Under the pieces are notes generated by a model, which did no database searches, was not told the origin of the DNA, and worked only from the letters and a program-made list of their open reading frames with translations. A DNA stretch of 63,841 nt, counting the filler, from Cystobasidiomycetes sp. EMM_F5 (Eukaryota): the NCBI GenBank assembly GCA_051047955.1. It is 3 parts of 3 records of this genome, joined end to end, with 100 filler letters (N's around TTAATTAATTAA, not from the genome) between each part and the next. Parts side by side here need not be neighbours in the genome. Positions count along the whole stretch, not along the records: positions 1 to 29,545 come from JBPGPT010000068.1; 2 more parts are not named here. One strand, 5' to 3'. Positions 14,301-28,242 of the stretch are shown here, in pieces (position 1 is the first letter of the stretch; each line of letters begins with the position of its first letter). Position numbers and translations under genes: made by a program.

Positions 14301-15842
14301 AACATCTTGTCTTCAGGATCAGGTTGCTGGAGCTCTGACAAAGGACAAAAAAAGGATTGATGAGCAGGAAATCAAAGTGTATCCAAACTGGAAGTCGATC
14401 TTGTTTGTAACAAACTTCCCGGAAACATTCGATGATGCGCAATTACGAGATCTGTTTCAAGTAGTAAGTTGCGGTAGGACGATAAGATCATGGCTAACTC
14501 CGCCCGTAGCATGGGCAGGTATTTGATACACGGTGGCCAAGCAAGCGGCTCAATACAAGAAGAAGGTTCGCCTACTTGCAGTATACTACTCCTGCAAGTT
14601 TTTTGCTCCATCTCTGAAATATGACCTTTGCTGACTTCATATTTCGTGACTGCAGGAAGCGGCCTTGACGGCTTTGTCGCTGAATGGCCTTGAAATCGAG
14701 CCTGGCTCCGGGCGTCGACTGCAAGTCAAACTTTCGGACCCTTCTCGTAAACAAAATCGCAGCGACTTTGACGCCAAGAAGTGCGAATTGTACATCACCG
14801 GACTTCCGAAACGAATAAAGGATGCTGAAGCTGATCTCCGTAAGATCTTCGCATCGGTGAGTCAGGCTGTCGGCATCAGCAGCACGTCCCCAAGCAGGCG
14901 TCTTATTTGGACAATTCCACAGTTTGGTCCCATCAAAGGCGTCCGCGCACCGAAAGAAAGCGATGGCAATTACAAAGGCTTTGCTTTCGTAGAATTCGAG
15001 GAAGCTGTGAGTATGGCACGCCGCAGACTGTCCATGAGCTGATTTGGCCACAGGACTCTGCCAAGGAGGCATTGTCGATGAACAATACCGAGTACAAAAA
15101 GCGTCGGTTGGCTGTGGTTTTGGCAGACAGTCGAGTGACTCAGAAAGCAAAGTGAGCTTGGTACTTGTTGACATTGTAGAATGAAGGTGCTGATCTTCCG
15201 CAGAACGTCGGATACCGGGCAGAGTAAACAAAGTGACACGCGATCCCGCAGTCTCCGAGTGAAAGGCTTGCCTCTAAATGCACAAGAAGCGATACTGCAG
15301 CAAATTTTCAGCGCGTATGGAGAGGTCGAAGCAGTCCTCATCGATGGCGACCAGGCTACTGTCACTTTCCATGTTGCGTCTGTAAGCCGCTTGGTCATGA
15401 TACGGATGGTGTGATTGCTGATCTCGAGGGTGCGCTGTGGACATTTCAGGATGTTGGAAAGCTATTGTTAGAAGCGCCAAAGGTTCTAATGGGAGAGACG
15501 GAGCTCAGTATCGAAAGCCCGATTCGGAATGGTCCTGGTCAATCTGGCAACGTAGGTGACCGCAATCGGCCAAACGGCGCGCAAGCTGCATTCATGCCTC
15601 GCGTATCGAAACGCGGACGAGGAGCCAGGCTAGGAATAGGCCACAGTCGGACACTACACTCTGGAGGACAGTCAGATGCTGGTGTCGGCATCGGTGCGGC
15701 TGCGACACAAGACAGCATCACATCTACCGTCGATGCGGAAAGGACAGGAGAGCCTGCGGAGGTTATGGGAGCTGCTGCAGGGGTGAAAAGTCAGGATGAC
15801 TTCCGAGACATGCTGCTTAGCAAGAAGCCAGTCGTTCGTTAA
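11394..15842 (+). CDS. PRP24: U4/U6 recycling factor Prp24/SART3-like (HAT repeats plus RRMs), multi-exon
   Basis: HAT-like VRSLYERAL..IWEGYLDF; several RRMs (LYITGLP, KGFAFVEF, LRVKGLP); C-terminal Lsm-interaction motif KSQDDFRDMLL. Confidence 0.88.
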
Positions 15843-16055
15843 GTCATTATCAAGTACGGGAGAGCACGCATGTTCAGCTAGCATATGGTTGTTCGGCTTC
15901 CATTACATGTGTGGCCATGTCTAGATCTTACAACAACAACAGCAAAGCCAGATTACAGCTGATAGATACTGCACTAAACGCAGGAGGGGCTAAAGACCTG
16001 GACGTGAGAAAATGCATGCTATGAATGACCAGCCTGGTGGCCAGTCCAGCTGAGT

Positions 16056-16917
16056 TCATCGATAGTACGGCGCACTGCGAAGATGAGTCAGTGTCGAAGT
16101 AGGCGAGATGGAGCTGTCTATCGCAGATGAGACGTACCGAGCTGCGTCTATACCGTACTCGCTCAAAGCGGCGGCAAGGTCTTCCTGTGTGAGCGTAGTT
16201 CGAGTACGATCCTGCGGAAAGGCGAAAATAATGAGCATGACATCTGACGTCTTACGCGCAATTGAACATCCAACGTACGCGCTGCTTGCTCGTATTGCCA
16301 GCCTGAGCGCTTGCGTTTCCAGCACCTGGAGCTCGGCCAGGACCGTTCGTAGTTCTCGCTCTGGCGTATGCGTATGCGTCGCTCGCAATGTCGCTTACAA
16401 ACTTTTGGGCTGCCAAACCGAGCAAGCGTGTCCTGTGAATGCAGTACTTGTTTGAGCCATTGAGATTATCGTGCTTCTCGCTGCAGATTGTCGCGGCTTA
16501 CACCCGGTCATCAGCGCATTGAAATCCAGCTCGCTCGAGGTAGTACCGCGTCACAGCGTCTGGCAGTACGGGCTCGTAGTCATCCAGCTTGGTCAAAAAG
16601 CCAGCCAGAGTCGCATCGTCTTCGTTGTTTGCACCGTGCTCATCTTCAATATGGCCTGTCTGCGTTTCCGACTCGTCCAGCAGCTCACGACTTTGAGCTG
16701 AGCCTTCGCCTGGCTTTCCAACCGTATATGAATGCGATGTCCCAGCGAGATTTCGCGGCTTGACGTCCTCGCCGTCTGCCAGATCCATCGAGTTCCCGAC
16801 ATTATTTCGAGACGGCGAGCCATACTGCCGCGTCGACGTTGACGGGCCAGCGTGCGGCTGCGCAGATTGCTGAAACAGTAGCGATGGGTCTATCGCGGCC
16901 ATTGATCCGACAGCCAT
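16056..16917 (-). CDS. TAF10: TFIID/SAGA subunit Taf10, multi-exon
   Basis: [41 protein letters not shown] and [15 protein letters not shown] match the Taf10 histone fold. Confidence 0.93.
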
Positions 16918-17322
16918 TGTTGGCGGTGAATGGCCAGAAGGCAAGCCGTCAAATGCAATATACACGGTAAAGATGGGCTAGATCTCCACTATTGCGGAAG
17001 GACCTTTTGGAAATATGACGCCTGGCTGTACACTCTCATTCTACATCACCACCTGAATGAACAACGTCCATCAAGCTGGCAAGATTGGATGACAACTTCC
17101 GGCGCCGCTTGGCTGCCGCAACGCGAGTGGGTCTCATACGTTTGGATGCCTTTGCCCTTGCGAGCATGCTTGGAGTGAATGTGGACTGCGAGTGAAGTCG
17201 CATTCGTTACGAGAAGCACAGTTTTTGGAATAATTGTCAGCATTCGGGTGCGGAGACACTATACATGGTTCGTACCCACCTCAAGATGACCGAAATTCCG
17301 GAGTGAGCTAGCATTATACTCA

Positions 17323-18304
17323 TTAAGAAGGGTCTTGATGACCGTGGTGCCGGAATCTGGGAACGATGCGCATCACATCAGCACTGATGTGCCACGCTGC
17401 CACACAGACGATGTACTCACCATATTCGTCTTGGATGAGTGCATCTCCATCACGAGAGGGCGTCGCTGTCTCCCTGCCGTTGGCGACGGCGTGGTTTTGG
17501 CCACTCAGTGACCTGTCGAATTCCTTTTCGCCATCCATATGCAATAGCATTTCCCGCCAGGATCGCTCCCTCGTGATTCTTCGATTGCGGCTCACTATGC
17601 GTCTGTGTATCATCATGCTCATGTCGATAGGCTGGGGCGAGAGACGTGGGAGGGCTTTGTTGTGCAGAGTCGGAAACAGAAACCCTGGTTTGACGATTGG
17701 CCTGGTGGCGTCTGCTGCACTGCGGCTGGACAATGTCTACGGAGGTATGCGTCAGTTGAGGCCATATAAAAGAGGTGGCAGAGTGTGCAAGCGAGAAGGG
17801 AAGAATTTGCTTGCTCACGTATTCGTGAATGGTGGCTGCCTCGATTTGGGCAGCGCGCGATTCTTGTTGCATGTCGAAGAGTAAGTTTTGCCAGTACGAC
17901 TCGTCTCTAGGCGATAGAGGTGATTGAACTTCTCGGCTACTGGTCAACTGATTGTAAATACCCAGGAGTTGATACTGTTGCTGCAGCATGACCATGGTTG
18001 TTGACGGACTGGTGCAGTATCGATTGCGTTGCATCCTCCACCGAGTCTGAATACGGCGGATATGATATTGATTTGAAGGGCACTGGCGTCCAGCAGAAGA
18101 CGGCGTGCCATCACTCCGAGGCAGTACGGCTCTCTCTGCGGCTCGAAGCAGGTTGCGATACAGGCTCCACTTTGTGGGTACGGTATGCTGAGCGAGTCGG
18201 AAGAACGGGACAGCGAAGCTTCCGGGAGCGATAGGAGAGGGAAGCGATGCTGTGGGAAGGCGTACTGTGCAGTGGCCGAGGCTGAGGGATGCTGTGTGGG
18301 CCAT
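17323..18304 (-). CDS. LYR-motif (Complex1_LYR-like) probable mitochondrial protein, spliced
   Basis: WSLYRNLLRAAE...IRRIQTRWRMQRNRYCTS; second exon GFLFPTLHNKALPRLSPQP..MSMMIHRR. Confidence 0.65.
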
Positions 18305-19158
18305 ATCGATGTTGGTCGACGCTGTCAGTTGGAGGAAGGTGGGGATGTTGAGACACGAGAATGCAAGGGAGGCTGAAGAGAATGGTTAGTAAGTCAGTTG
18401 GGGGGAGAGAAGGTGTCCTGTCCAGCAACACGCAGTGATGCGGACGGGTATTCCTTTTTGCTGTGGATCTGAACGTGGATCGAACGTAGGATCTTGATTA
18501 CAAATTTATAAACCCTAATCTATTACAAATTTCTGTAATGCCTCCTCTTTCGCGCTGACTAATCACGCCTCTCTCCCTCCCTCCTCCCGCCTGTCCGCCA
18601 CTCGCGCTTGACCCATTCCCGTGGCTGGCGACGAGGTGCAAGAAACCTCCCACAACGAGGTGATCGCGTGGAGCTACAGACTCGCGGACAAGTGCGTCGT
18701 ATAGCTGACGCTGTGCTCGTTTCGCTCGTCTTGGTCTGGTCGCCGTAGCGCGTGTTTACGCCGAGCTGTCCTCGTTCAAAGCCGCCCGAGCAGACTCCAA
18801 CTTTTGTCAAAAATCGTCAAAGTCCTCGAGATATCCCTGGGATGAGCTGCTGAGATAAGCAAGGCAGCAGCAGGGCCAGAGCAGCCCAGACGCTGGGAAC
18901 GCAGTCCGGAACACGACAAGCACCTGCGCAGGGAACCACTGCCCCGCTGACCGTCACCTACTCCCCGTCCCGTTTGTCCCGTCGTCGCAGCACTCAGACC
19001 CACAAAACTGTACAGTATGGTCTAGTCTACGCCAGACTGCGCTGAGGGCATCGTACTGACTGGTGTATGTGCGCAGGAGTGGCCCGCTTCATTCCCATCG
19101 CCCTCACTCTGACCGTCTTCTCTTTTGGTCCTGCCCAAACCCTCATGTCCCCCGCGCT

Positions 19159-21733
19159 ATGCCCAAGGTCGTAAGTACAAACAGACTCCCTTCACCACAA
19201 GCTACGCTCACCTCGATCCCTCTGCCCCCAAAGTCATCCCGTTTCCGCACGCGAAAGATCAACTTCAAGACACCCATACCCATACACGTCGGTTCACTCG
19301 AAATCCCATTCGATGATGACCTCGAAGCAGCAATCGCAGCCAGCCTCCCTCCTGTCACAAAACACGTCGCCGACGCAGCTTCTTCTTCACAGCCATATCC
19401 TCCTTCATCGGCACACAACCTACACGCAAACGGTGTACATGCCGGACCCGGCCAACTGGGACTCCCGTCGACAAGCGCCGGCGGAAGAGCCACCCCTGCC
19501 GGTCCGGAAGCCTTTGGTGATGGTATTCGGGTCGAGACCGGGGTCGACAAGGATGAAGAGGGCGAATTGCATCTACAAGCCGTCATTTCGGCTTCGGCTG
19601 CAGCACTGCAGCGAACCTCCAGAGCTCCCGGTAGCGGTGGTGCCTTCATCAAGGCGCCCGTCGCGCACATTCCCACCCCTGATGCAACCGGCCTTGTCGC
19701 CAACTACCAGGATTTCTACAAGCACAATATATACACCGACCCTTCAGCTCACATCCGGTTTGGAGACACTGTCGAGGAAACCATGGGTATCGCGTATACC
19801 ATGGACGAGGAGGACGCGGATTGGCTGGAGAGTCATAATGCCACACTGGCGACATCCAAGAACGGCTCGGGCGATGGGGAAACAACGAAATCACTTGGAA
19901 GCGCTGGGGCACAGCAGTCCCTAGTAGCCAACAATGGGCACTATCCTCCCTTGCAGCCCATCAACGGCTACAAGTCCAGTCAGAATACTTCGCGTGGTCG
20001 CGACAAAGTCCGAGAAACAGACTCCACTCTGCAAGTCAACCCCATTTCGGAAGATGATTTTGAGTTGGTCATGGATCTTTTTGAGCGCGCTACGGATCGT
20101 AAAACTCCCACTTTGCACTTGGTACGCTGATTTGGTCCTCTTCGTATCTTGCGATTCTAATTTCCTGTTGAAACGTGTTGTTACTCTTTCGCAGAATCTA
20201 TCTCGGATACCGAGTCTTGAGGATCTGGAATCCGCCTTTCCAAATTATATTCCGACTAGCCTCCTTCGAGATGTTCGAGACATTGCTAAAGTGCTCTATC
20301 CCTACTGGAAGGAACGTAGGTTGGCTGCTGGCGGTAAAAATATTGTACCGCAGCTAGATGTGAGTAGCGATGGTTGCAGTTGTTCCCATATGCAAATTAT
20401 CAGCTTATCTCACATTCACAGTACGACATCACAAACGAGACGCCGTATGTATGTTTCAGACGGCGCGAAGCAAAAATGGCCCGCAAGACGCGACGCACTG
20501 ATACCCAGACCGTGGAAAGATTGGTTCGTCTAAAATCCGATCTGTCCTCGGCTCAAGATCTCATCGCAAAGATTTTGGAGCGCGAGCAGTGCAAAAAAGA
20601 AGCGTTAGTCACAGACATCAAGATATTCGAGAGTCGCGCTGCGCTTCGTACGCTTAAGCGCCATCTCGGCGAAGCCACCGATGGCGACGAGCGTCTACTA
20701 CTCAACCGAAAGGAGAAGCGCAAACGTGACAGCGTACAACTGTGAGCTATGCTTCCATTGTACTTCTGCACATGGAGGGCTTTACTGACCTATTGCCGCC
20801 AATGTCATGCTCCCTTGCTTCAGCAGTAAGATCGGTCTACCCACTCCACTCCTGCCTGCTACGCATCTCGGTTCCTTGGCGGATCCCTTACCGCCGTACA
20901 AAGATCGATTATCATCGATTTCTCAAAGAATCGAGAAAGACATGCTCCGCAAGCGAGATCAGGAAGTTGGGTGGGAGGATGTGACAGACCTCGCATACAA
21001 TCCGACTCCGCAAGCACCATGCAGTCGCTTCTGGCGCGCAACTGAAATGCTGCCAATGCAGATGTCTGACGGCCGGGCCAGTACTCCTGTCGTTACCTTC
21101 GACCAGATCATGATGCCTTACATACAGAGCTGCGGACCTCGCTTCCGAAAAAGGATCGGTCGTAGTGGTCGGGTTTTGCTGGACCGAATAAATGTCGGAA
21201 CAAATGACATGGTCGCAGACGAGTATGCGCGACGTACTTTCTCCTCAGACAGGTGGCGGTACGACAGCGATGTTGCTTCAGAAATGCCAGCTATCAAACT
21301 TCCCGTCGTCATCGATGACTTCGAGTCCAAGTGGTCTTTAGCACGCATATCGCTCGTCGCAAACAATGAATGGGAGTCACTGACGCCAAATACGCAACAT
21401 CTGGAAGAGGCCATACGATGGACTCTCCGGGAGCCGGATCCTCTCCCGCCCGTGCAGATAATTGGCAAACTTCCGGGCCACCGTCTCGCGCCGGCGGCCA
21501 ACAACGGCACAACGGGAGCCAGTCCCACTGCGTCTGCTGCAGTGATGTCGGCTGGCCGTTCCCAAAGCGTTGCTGCCAATGGGTTGCCAGCTCCACAGTC
21601 ACCTTCTGGAAATGGACAGATGCGACGCAGCAGCGGGACACCGCAGCCATCGACGCAAGCGGTGCCTAATGGAGTCCCCCAACAGCCTGCCATACGACGA
21701 TTAATGTGGGAAAATGGTGCAGCGGCCGCGTAG
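19159..21733 (+). CDS. EPL1: Enhancer of polycomb-like, NuA4 subunit, multi-exon
   Basis: FRTRKINFKTPIPI, TGVDKDEEGELHLQAVIS, YTMDEEDADWL, ISEDDFELVMDLFE, YPYWKERR, PYVCFRRRE and FRKRIGRSGRVLLDR. Confidence 0.95.
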
Positions 21734-22001
21734 TACAGATATGTTGCTTTCGGCGGGCGCGTTTGGCTGTTTTGGTTTAAGTGTTGTGATAACGCTCAAG
21801 CCAGTCATAGCATCATTAGGCTACGTTCAATGCATGCATGTCTGCCACCGCTGTCACTCCTTTGCTGCCCTCGACGTTCTGCCCTCGACGTTCTGCCCTT
21901 GACGTTTGCCCGGTGGTGCATCTCCGCAACCCGAGCATGGCTCGACAGTTGCGGTAGCTAATCTGCTTCGCGAATGTCGTCGCCAGCATCGTCCTGTGAT
22001 T

Positions 22002-22865
22002 ATGCTAGCTGCTGGCTTCGAGGCTAGCCCTATTGGAGCCAAAGAACCGCATTACAGCTGCTTCTTCTATGGTACGGTATTGCGGTCATCTAAAATCACG
22101 GCCACGAGTCTACTAACGCTGTACGGCTGTTTGATTCTCCGCTCTGTCCTTCCAATCTGATGACTTTCTAACAATCTCGCGATATCGATTTCTCGCTGAC
22201 GGTCTGATGATACATCGCCAAAGGGACTCTGATGAATGTAGCCATCCTGAGTCGCGTCATTGGACGTCCCAGCGAGGGACTGGAAACCCGCAAAGGTGTT
22301 CTGCAGGTGCGACTGTATCCTGCGCCTGTTTGATGGGCCTTGTTGGCTAAACTGACTCTTTTCGATCTAGGGTCACGTCAGGCTCCATGTCCAGGACGAA
22401 GACTACCCTGCTGTGGTCGACCGTATCGCAGCCGCAGCCATTGTCGGCAGGGAGCTGGAAGAGGCTGAACATGCTGTCCAGGGGGTAGTCGTGTCGGGAT
22501 TGACGGCAGATGATCTACGGTTTCTAGACCTCTTTGAAGGCGATGTGAGCAGCTTAAGGTTAATGGCGTGTCAGACGGGGCTACTGGTCTGACTCTCTCC
22601 TTGTTTTAACACGCACCAGGAATACGGACGCGTGGCTTTATCTGTTTCGACAACGAGCGACGGCCCTAGCAACCTGACTAGTACCAGTCTCATCTCAGCA
22701 CAGATCTACCTCTGGAAAGCTGATCTGAGCAGGCTCAGTCCACGGATTTGGCACTATGATGACTTTCTTCGCGACAAAGCCCACCTATGGATCGCGGACT
22801 CGCCAGAAAACACCCGGCAAGAGTATGTCGAGCTGGAAGAACTCCGGATGGAGGAGCGCGTGTAG
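22002..22865 (+). CDS. AIG2-like / gamma-glutamylcyclotransferase-fold protein, multi-exon
   Basis: FFYGTLM, ILSRVIG, DYPAVV, VQGVVVSGLTADDLRFLDLFEGDEY and AQIYLW..WHYDDF across GT..AG introns. Confidence 0.85.
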
Positions 22866-23724
22866 TAGAATGACGTTCCGTACCCGCGAAGATGTCCTTA
22901 TCAGCCCCATTCATGCGGGCCTAATCACTACTGTACGTTGAAAGAGCTGTTATTGTACGCATGGCGTATTGAGCCAAGTGCGCACGATTCTACGGCGCTG
23001 CTGCTCCCCTAAGACTCGGGTCTGGACTTTGTTGTTGATAGTCTTTTCACTTTGGCCTGTTAGAATTCGTGGAGATCTTTCGCAATTCTGCCAACAGGAA
23101 CCGAGATGGGAAGAAGCTGCACGACTTGCACGGACGGCATTGGAGCTCGAGCAGATTGCGATATGCTTACGACGGAAGATCACGCGAGAGCTGACTACGA
23201 CAAAGTCATTGGATTTGCCCGCTTTCCCACGTCCAGAAAGCAATGCGAGCTCCGCGCCTTGTCAACTGACTCTGAGACTCTGCACAAGCACGCGCTGACG
23301 TCTGAACAACATGCTAACCACCCTCAGGACTGACCTATACAGCTCTCGCTTTCGCAGGGGCGCTCTAGCTCGGCGACGACCCCTCGCCGGCAGGAGTTGC
23401 GCGTACGTCTAGGCAGGTTTTTTTGCTCTGCTCTGGTCATCTCTGTTGCAATCAGTAGGCAGACGACGAGAGAGCCGGTGCACGGGCATCCAGTCTTCAA
23501 GGTCGTCCTGACCGGCAGGCTGGTTTGATGCGATCCGGGGAGTCATCGAGACTTTACGGTACAAAACCCCTTATCGATTCACCGTACCAGCACTGACAGG
23601 TGACCTTCGAATGCAGTTGTGCAAGTGTGGTTGCTGAGTGCTGCTTCCGGCTCCAGGCGGCGAGTACAAGGGCACTTGGCGACCACGGTGCACATAGTAC
23701 ATCAATCACCCCACTTTCCCGGCT

Positions 23725-26673
23725 ATGGACGAGCTGGACATTGGGCACGATGTTGACTCCCACGCATCTAGGCTGAACACCGAAGGCCTCAGCGTCAGGT
23801 CGATGGCAGACGGCTCGTTTGGCGTATGCGCCAAAATCCAATCTTGGCAGCGCGCCGTTGCTGCAAACACTACATCGTCACTAGAGTCGTGCGCACGCGC
23901 TACGCAAACACTATCTGGTGTCCACGACGCGATAACAACACCGCCGACTACAATTGAAGTGGACAACAGATCTTTGCAAAACTTGATCAATCAGGTCGAA
24001 TTAGGGGAGCAGCAAGGTATGACGCACTTACTGCTCAGCTACGCATCACTGTTGACCGAGGGCCTCTCTGCAAATGAATAGACTGGAACAACGATGATTA
24101 TCCCTCATATCCAATTCCCACTCTCGAACAGCCATGGAACCTTTCAGTCGTAGATCAGGCTATTCCATTTCAGGCGTCGACTTCGTCTCTTAATCAAACA
24201 TGTGCCCAGGACCATGGCATTCGCAGTCCCGTCTGCACTGAACGTGTCAGCCAATCGCTATTCCAATCGCCTGCCAGGAACTCGATGGCTTTGACACGCA
24301 TACCTGCGGAGAGTGCCCTCATCTACCATGCGACAGCCGATGCTGAAGCGAGGCCGATTGACATGACTGCTACGTTTGAAGACACAGTACATCGCATTGC
24401 GGCGACAACCTCGATAACTCAAAAGGTCATTCCAAGCCCGATGCAGCCAGGCTACGCTGGATCAAGCTTCTCTCATACTCGTCAACGTGGAAAGTCGAGT
24501 AATTTGAGGGGCGCACCGGCCGAGCCGACTTCGCCGTCGGATTTTGCAGAAGGTAACGCATATCGCAGCTGGGATGCGTCGCACACTCGCTGGGACAGCA
24601 TGGCTAGCAGTGTTTGGGTAAGGCAACGCTATTGGGAGCTCACACGAGATCTTCTGACGCAGTCGCCTTTTTGCATAAACAGAGTGTTCCTCAAGGCGGA
24701 CTGTACGCTTTTGTAGATCCGCTTGAAATACAAGCGAACTCGCATCGAGCCAACCATTCGGAACTCGAGCCTCCATTACTATGTGAGACCTGATCCAGCC
24801 AGTCTCCTTATATCATCTTGCTCACTGAATCGCTTTGGTTCACACATGTCAGACAACGACTCGCGCCCTGACTATACGCCTACAGCGGAAATATTACTTC
24901 AAGATGCCTCTGGTCCTGATTCGAGTATGATTGTGCCGACTCTGCTTCATTTTCCATTTTGGGGCGCTCAATCGTTGGGAGATGCAGAGACACCGTCCAA
25001 TTATCACCTTTATCCCTTTCCGATTGTGCCGACAGCATCGCTTACTGCAAGCTCTCCCGAAGATATCCATGATATTTCCAGGCGGACAAGCTATGCAACC
25101 GTCACCTCTGCCGTGTCTTCACTCCCAACTGTGGTGACACCCGATCTACCATCAGTCAGTTCCGAAGTGGTTGACTATGCTCCCAGCACGAAACGGCCTC
25201 GTGCAATCATTGATGATTATCACAACTATGATTATTTCTCGGACGCAGAGTACGCTTCGCGGCCCGAGATGGAATCCGTGGCGTTTTACGAATGTGCGAC
25301 GGGAACCACACTGCGAGCCGGATCGGCGCCAAGCATTGTCGCTGCTACAAATCCAGCAGACTGCATACCAACATACGTGGGCCATGATGGCGCAAATCAC
25401 TCGCAGCAGGACGTCAGGGCCTATAAACGGGCCCGATCGAACGAATATTGTCCTACATCGAGTAAGGTGGATTGCATGTCGTGGAATTCGCAGGAAACTT
25501 GTCTCATCCACGAAGCTCCCCATATCGAAAGACTGGGGACTACCGCCGGTACCAAAGGTCTCCGAGAAGCCACGCTGCCGCCAAGCGATTCTAATGACTC
25601 ACTGCTGACTATTCAGCCATCGCGGACGTCATCGCCATTTGAGACAAGAAGCCTGCGCGCTAGAGCTACTTCTCCAGCCATTTCTATCAGGCCCCCGCTT
25701 GATGACGCTGGAGTATTGTTAGACGATGATGATCTAGCATCGTCAGACGGTCTCTATGATGGTGATGCGACAGACCATACCCGGGAGGAGCAGAATAGCG
25801 TTCTAGCAACGGTTACTCAGTGGCAGTCATCAAGGATGCCGCATGACGATGGGTTTGTCCATCATACGTATGCTCTGACGCGCACTATGTCTAGCTCGGC
25901 AGTAACTGGCATCGATAAATTCAATACAGATCCGCCCACGAATGCGCAAAATCGAAGTCTAAACAAGCACATGAGTGCTGTCAGGTCAGGTACAAGCAAA
26001 GACACAATGGTATTCGATTCGGATCCCTTACCATCAGTCATGCTGTCTCTGCCAGGACAGAGCATGTTTGCAATTGCGCCGTCGTTCAGCGAAGTGGATG
26101 CAGACGACATCTTCACATTACCTGCGTCGGCAAACACCCAGCGATCTGCTCCGCCACCTTCTGATTTCGCGGGCGAAAATACGGAAGTGCAACCAAGAAA
26201 ACAGCAGCTCAAGTCAAGCCGCGATATCTATACGCCTCTCTGGGTGCGTGGGTCCGGCCAACATAAAGAAGGCTTTTGCGACTTGTGCACTCCTGGTAAA
26301 TGGCTACAACTCAAGAATAGTGCTTTCTGGTGACCGCCTTTCTTACGGCGCACAGGCTTAATTCGCTAACAATAACATCTACAACAGGTATCACAAACAG
26401 TTCCTACACGGCGTGTCGTCGGTTTCGGGAGCCGGCTTCGTACCGCCGACTCAGCTACGCATTAAAAGCGATGATGGTACCCAAGAAGGCTTGTGTCACC
26501 AGTGCAAACAATGGACAACTTATCGCACTAAGAAGCAGAGTAATAACGGTGACGAATCCGAAAGAACGCCAGCACTCTGGTTTAAGCATGCTCATAAATG
26601 TCACCAATACGGATTTCGGGCACCTGGAGCAGGAAAAGGTCGCGGCAAAGGACGTGCACGAAAGACAGAGTGA
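23725..26673 (+). CDS. Rua1/DUF4451-type Zn-finger transcription regulator with a long low-complexity N-terminus (5' exons uncertain)
   Basis: C-terminal DIYTPLWVRGSGQHKEGFCDLC..WLQLKNSAFWYHKQFLHGVSSVSG..EGLCHQC..WFKHAHKCH. Confidence 0.8.
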
Positions 26674-26969
26674 TGAGTAGGGCTCCTGCCAGAGAAAACT
26701 GCCAAGCCACATGTTTAGCCGAAGAAGTCAATAGCGCCCTCGTGTACCGCAACGATACCGGATTACACACTAGCATAGCCATATTTGACAAACACTTGCT
26801 GAAGCTCGCTCCTCATTACTATCTCGTGTCCTGTTCAAGGACTCCTTGTCTCGGAACTGCCCAAGACTCTTCTCCGGCCAACGAGGCCTCGTCCGTGCTT
26901 GTACTGTGCTAAGCCGCCTGCGCATGCAGCATTGCAGAGTATGCAATGACTGGCCACAGCTTCAAGATG

Positions 26970-28068
26970 TCAGAAGATCGTGTAGCCCCCGTCAACAACC
27001 ACGTCGCTGCCAGTCAAGAAGCCCATGCCACCTTGATAATCCGACAAGAGTAAGGCCACAAAGTTGCCGATCTCTTCTGCAGTAGCAAATCTGTATGTGA
27101 TTCGACTGTAAGAAATGATACTAGCAGATTTGAAGTTACGACAAGACAGCCTGACCTTCCGGCTGGGGTGCGTGTTGCCCATTCTTGCGACCACTGTCGA
27201 GCTTGCGCATCAGGCGGATTTGCTATCATGTCTGTCGAGACGTAGCCCTAAAGGTCGAATCACGCACGTCTTTGAGCAGCCTCTCGCAGAAGTGAACTTT
27301 CCACCCGATTTACAGTGCGCGACTCACCGGCGAGATAGCATTGACCGTGACACCCAAGTCCGCCCACTCCCCAGCAAGACTCTGAGACAGAGCAGCGTCA
27401 GATACGAGTCAAATTAACCGAATGCAAGGTGGTTGTAGCGTGTGCACACCTTGGCCAGCATGGTTACTGCAGCTTTGGAAGCATTGTAGGCCGACTGCTT
27501 CTGTGGCAGCATGGCAACAAGGCCAGAGATGGAGGAGACGAAAAGTATCTGCTTCTTCTCGTTTAGCTTATGCGTGTCGACATTGATGTCGGTCTCTTTC
27601 CAAGACCGGACAAGCTCCCGAGCGGTAAAGAATGGGCCAAATGCGTTTACCTCGAAAACTTTGCGAAAGTCCTCGTCTGTGTTGTCTTCGGCTGCTTTCC
27701 ATAGCGCTACACCAGCGTTGGCAACCGCAATGTCTACGGATTTGCCGAAGCGTTGCTGGATGTCCTGCAAAGCTTTCGCAATGGTGGAGCTTTGTGAAAC
27801 GTCGCAGGCGAATGCGGCTGCACGAATCCCATATTTTGAAGCCAAATTAGCGGCTATATTGTCTGCATTCCGCGAAGTATATGTGATGGCAACATCTGCA
27901 CCGCCTGATTAGTGACAATCGATTCATTCTTTGTCAGCAACTTAGGCATGAAGGGAGTGTTGCTTGAGTCTGACCTCTTGCAACCGCGGTCGCTATTGCT
28001 AGCCCGATACCCCGTCCACCGCCCGTAATCAAGACGAGTTTACCCGTAAAATCCACGGTGATGGTCAT
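26970..28068 (-). CDS. Short-chain dehydrogenase/reductase, NADP-mannitol dehydrogenase-like, multi-exon
   Basis: TGGGRGIG Rossmann motif, ANAG, YNASK catalytic motif, GVTVNAISP and TGSDVVVDGGYTIF. Confidence 0.9.
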
Positions 28069-28196
28069 TATGTGTATGAGTAGATTTCTAAAAAATGAGT
28101 GCTGGTGCTGGATTGTCAGCAAAAAGCAGCGTGGTAAGAAACAGTTCACGACACTGATTGGCTCGCTCAATGGCGGTTCACGGCGGGTAGTTATGG

Positions 28197-28242
28197 ACAC
28201 ATGTGTAACAAGTAACACGTGTGTAACAAGTAACACATGTGT
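28197..28242. repeat. 18-bp tandem repeat (2.5 units) with ACAC(A/G)TGTGT cores upstream of the SDR gene
   Basis: ACACATGTGT aacaagta ACACGTGTGT aacaagta ACACATGTGT. Confidence 0.85.

Noticed and set aside
18510..18520. AAACCCTAAT telomere-like motif
   Set aside because: Single unit only, not an array.
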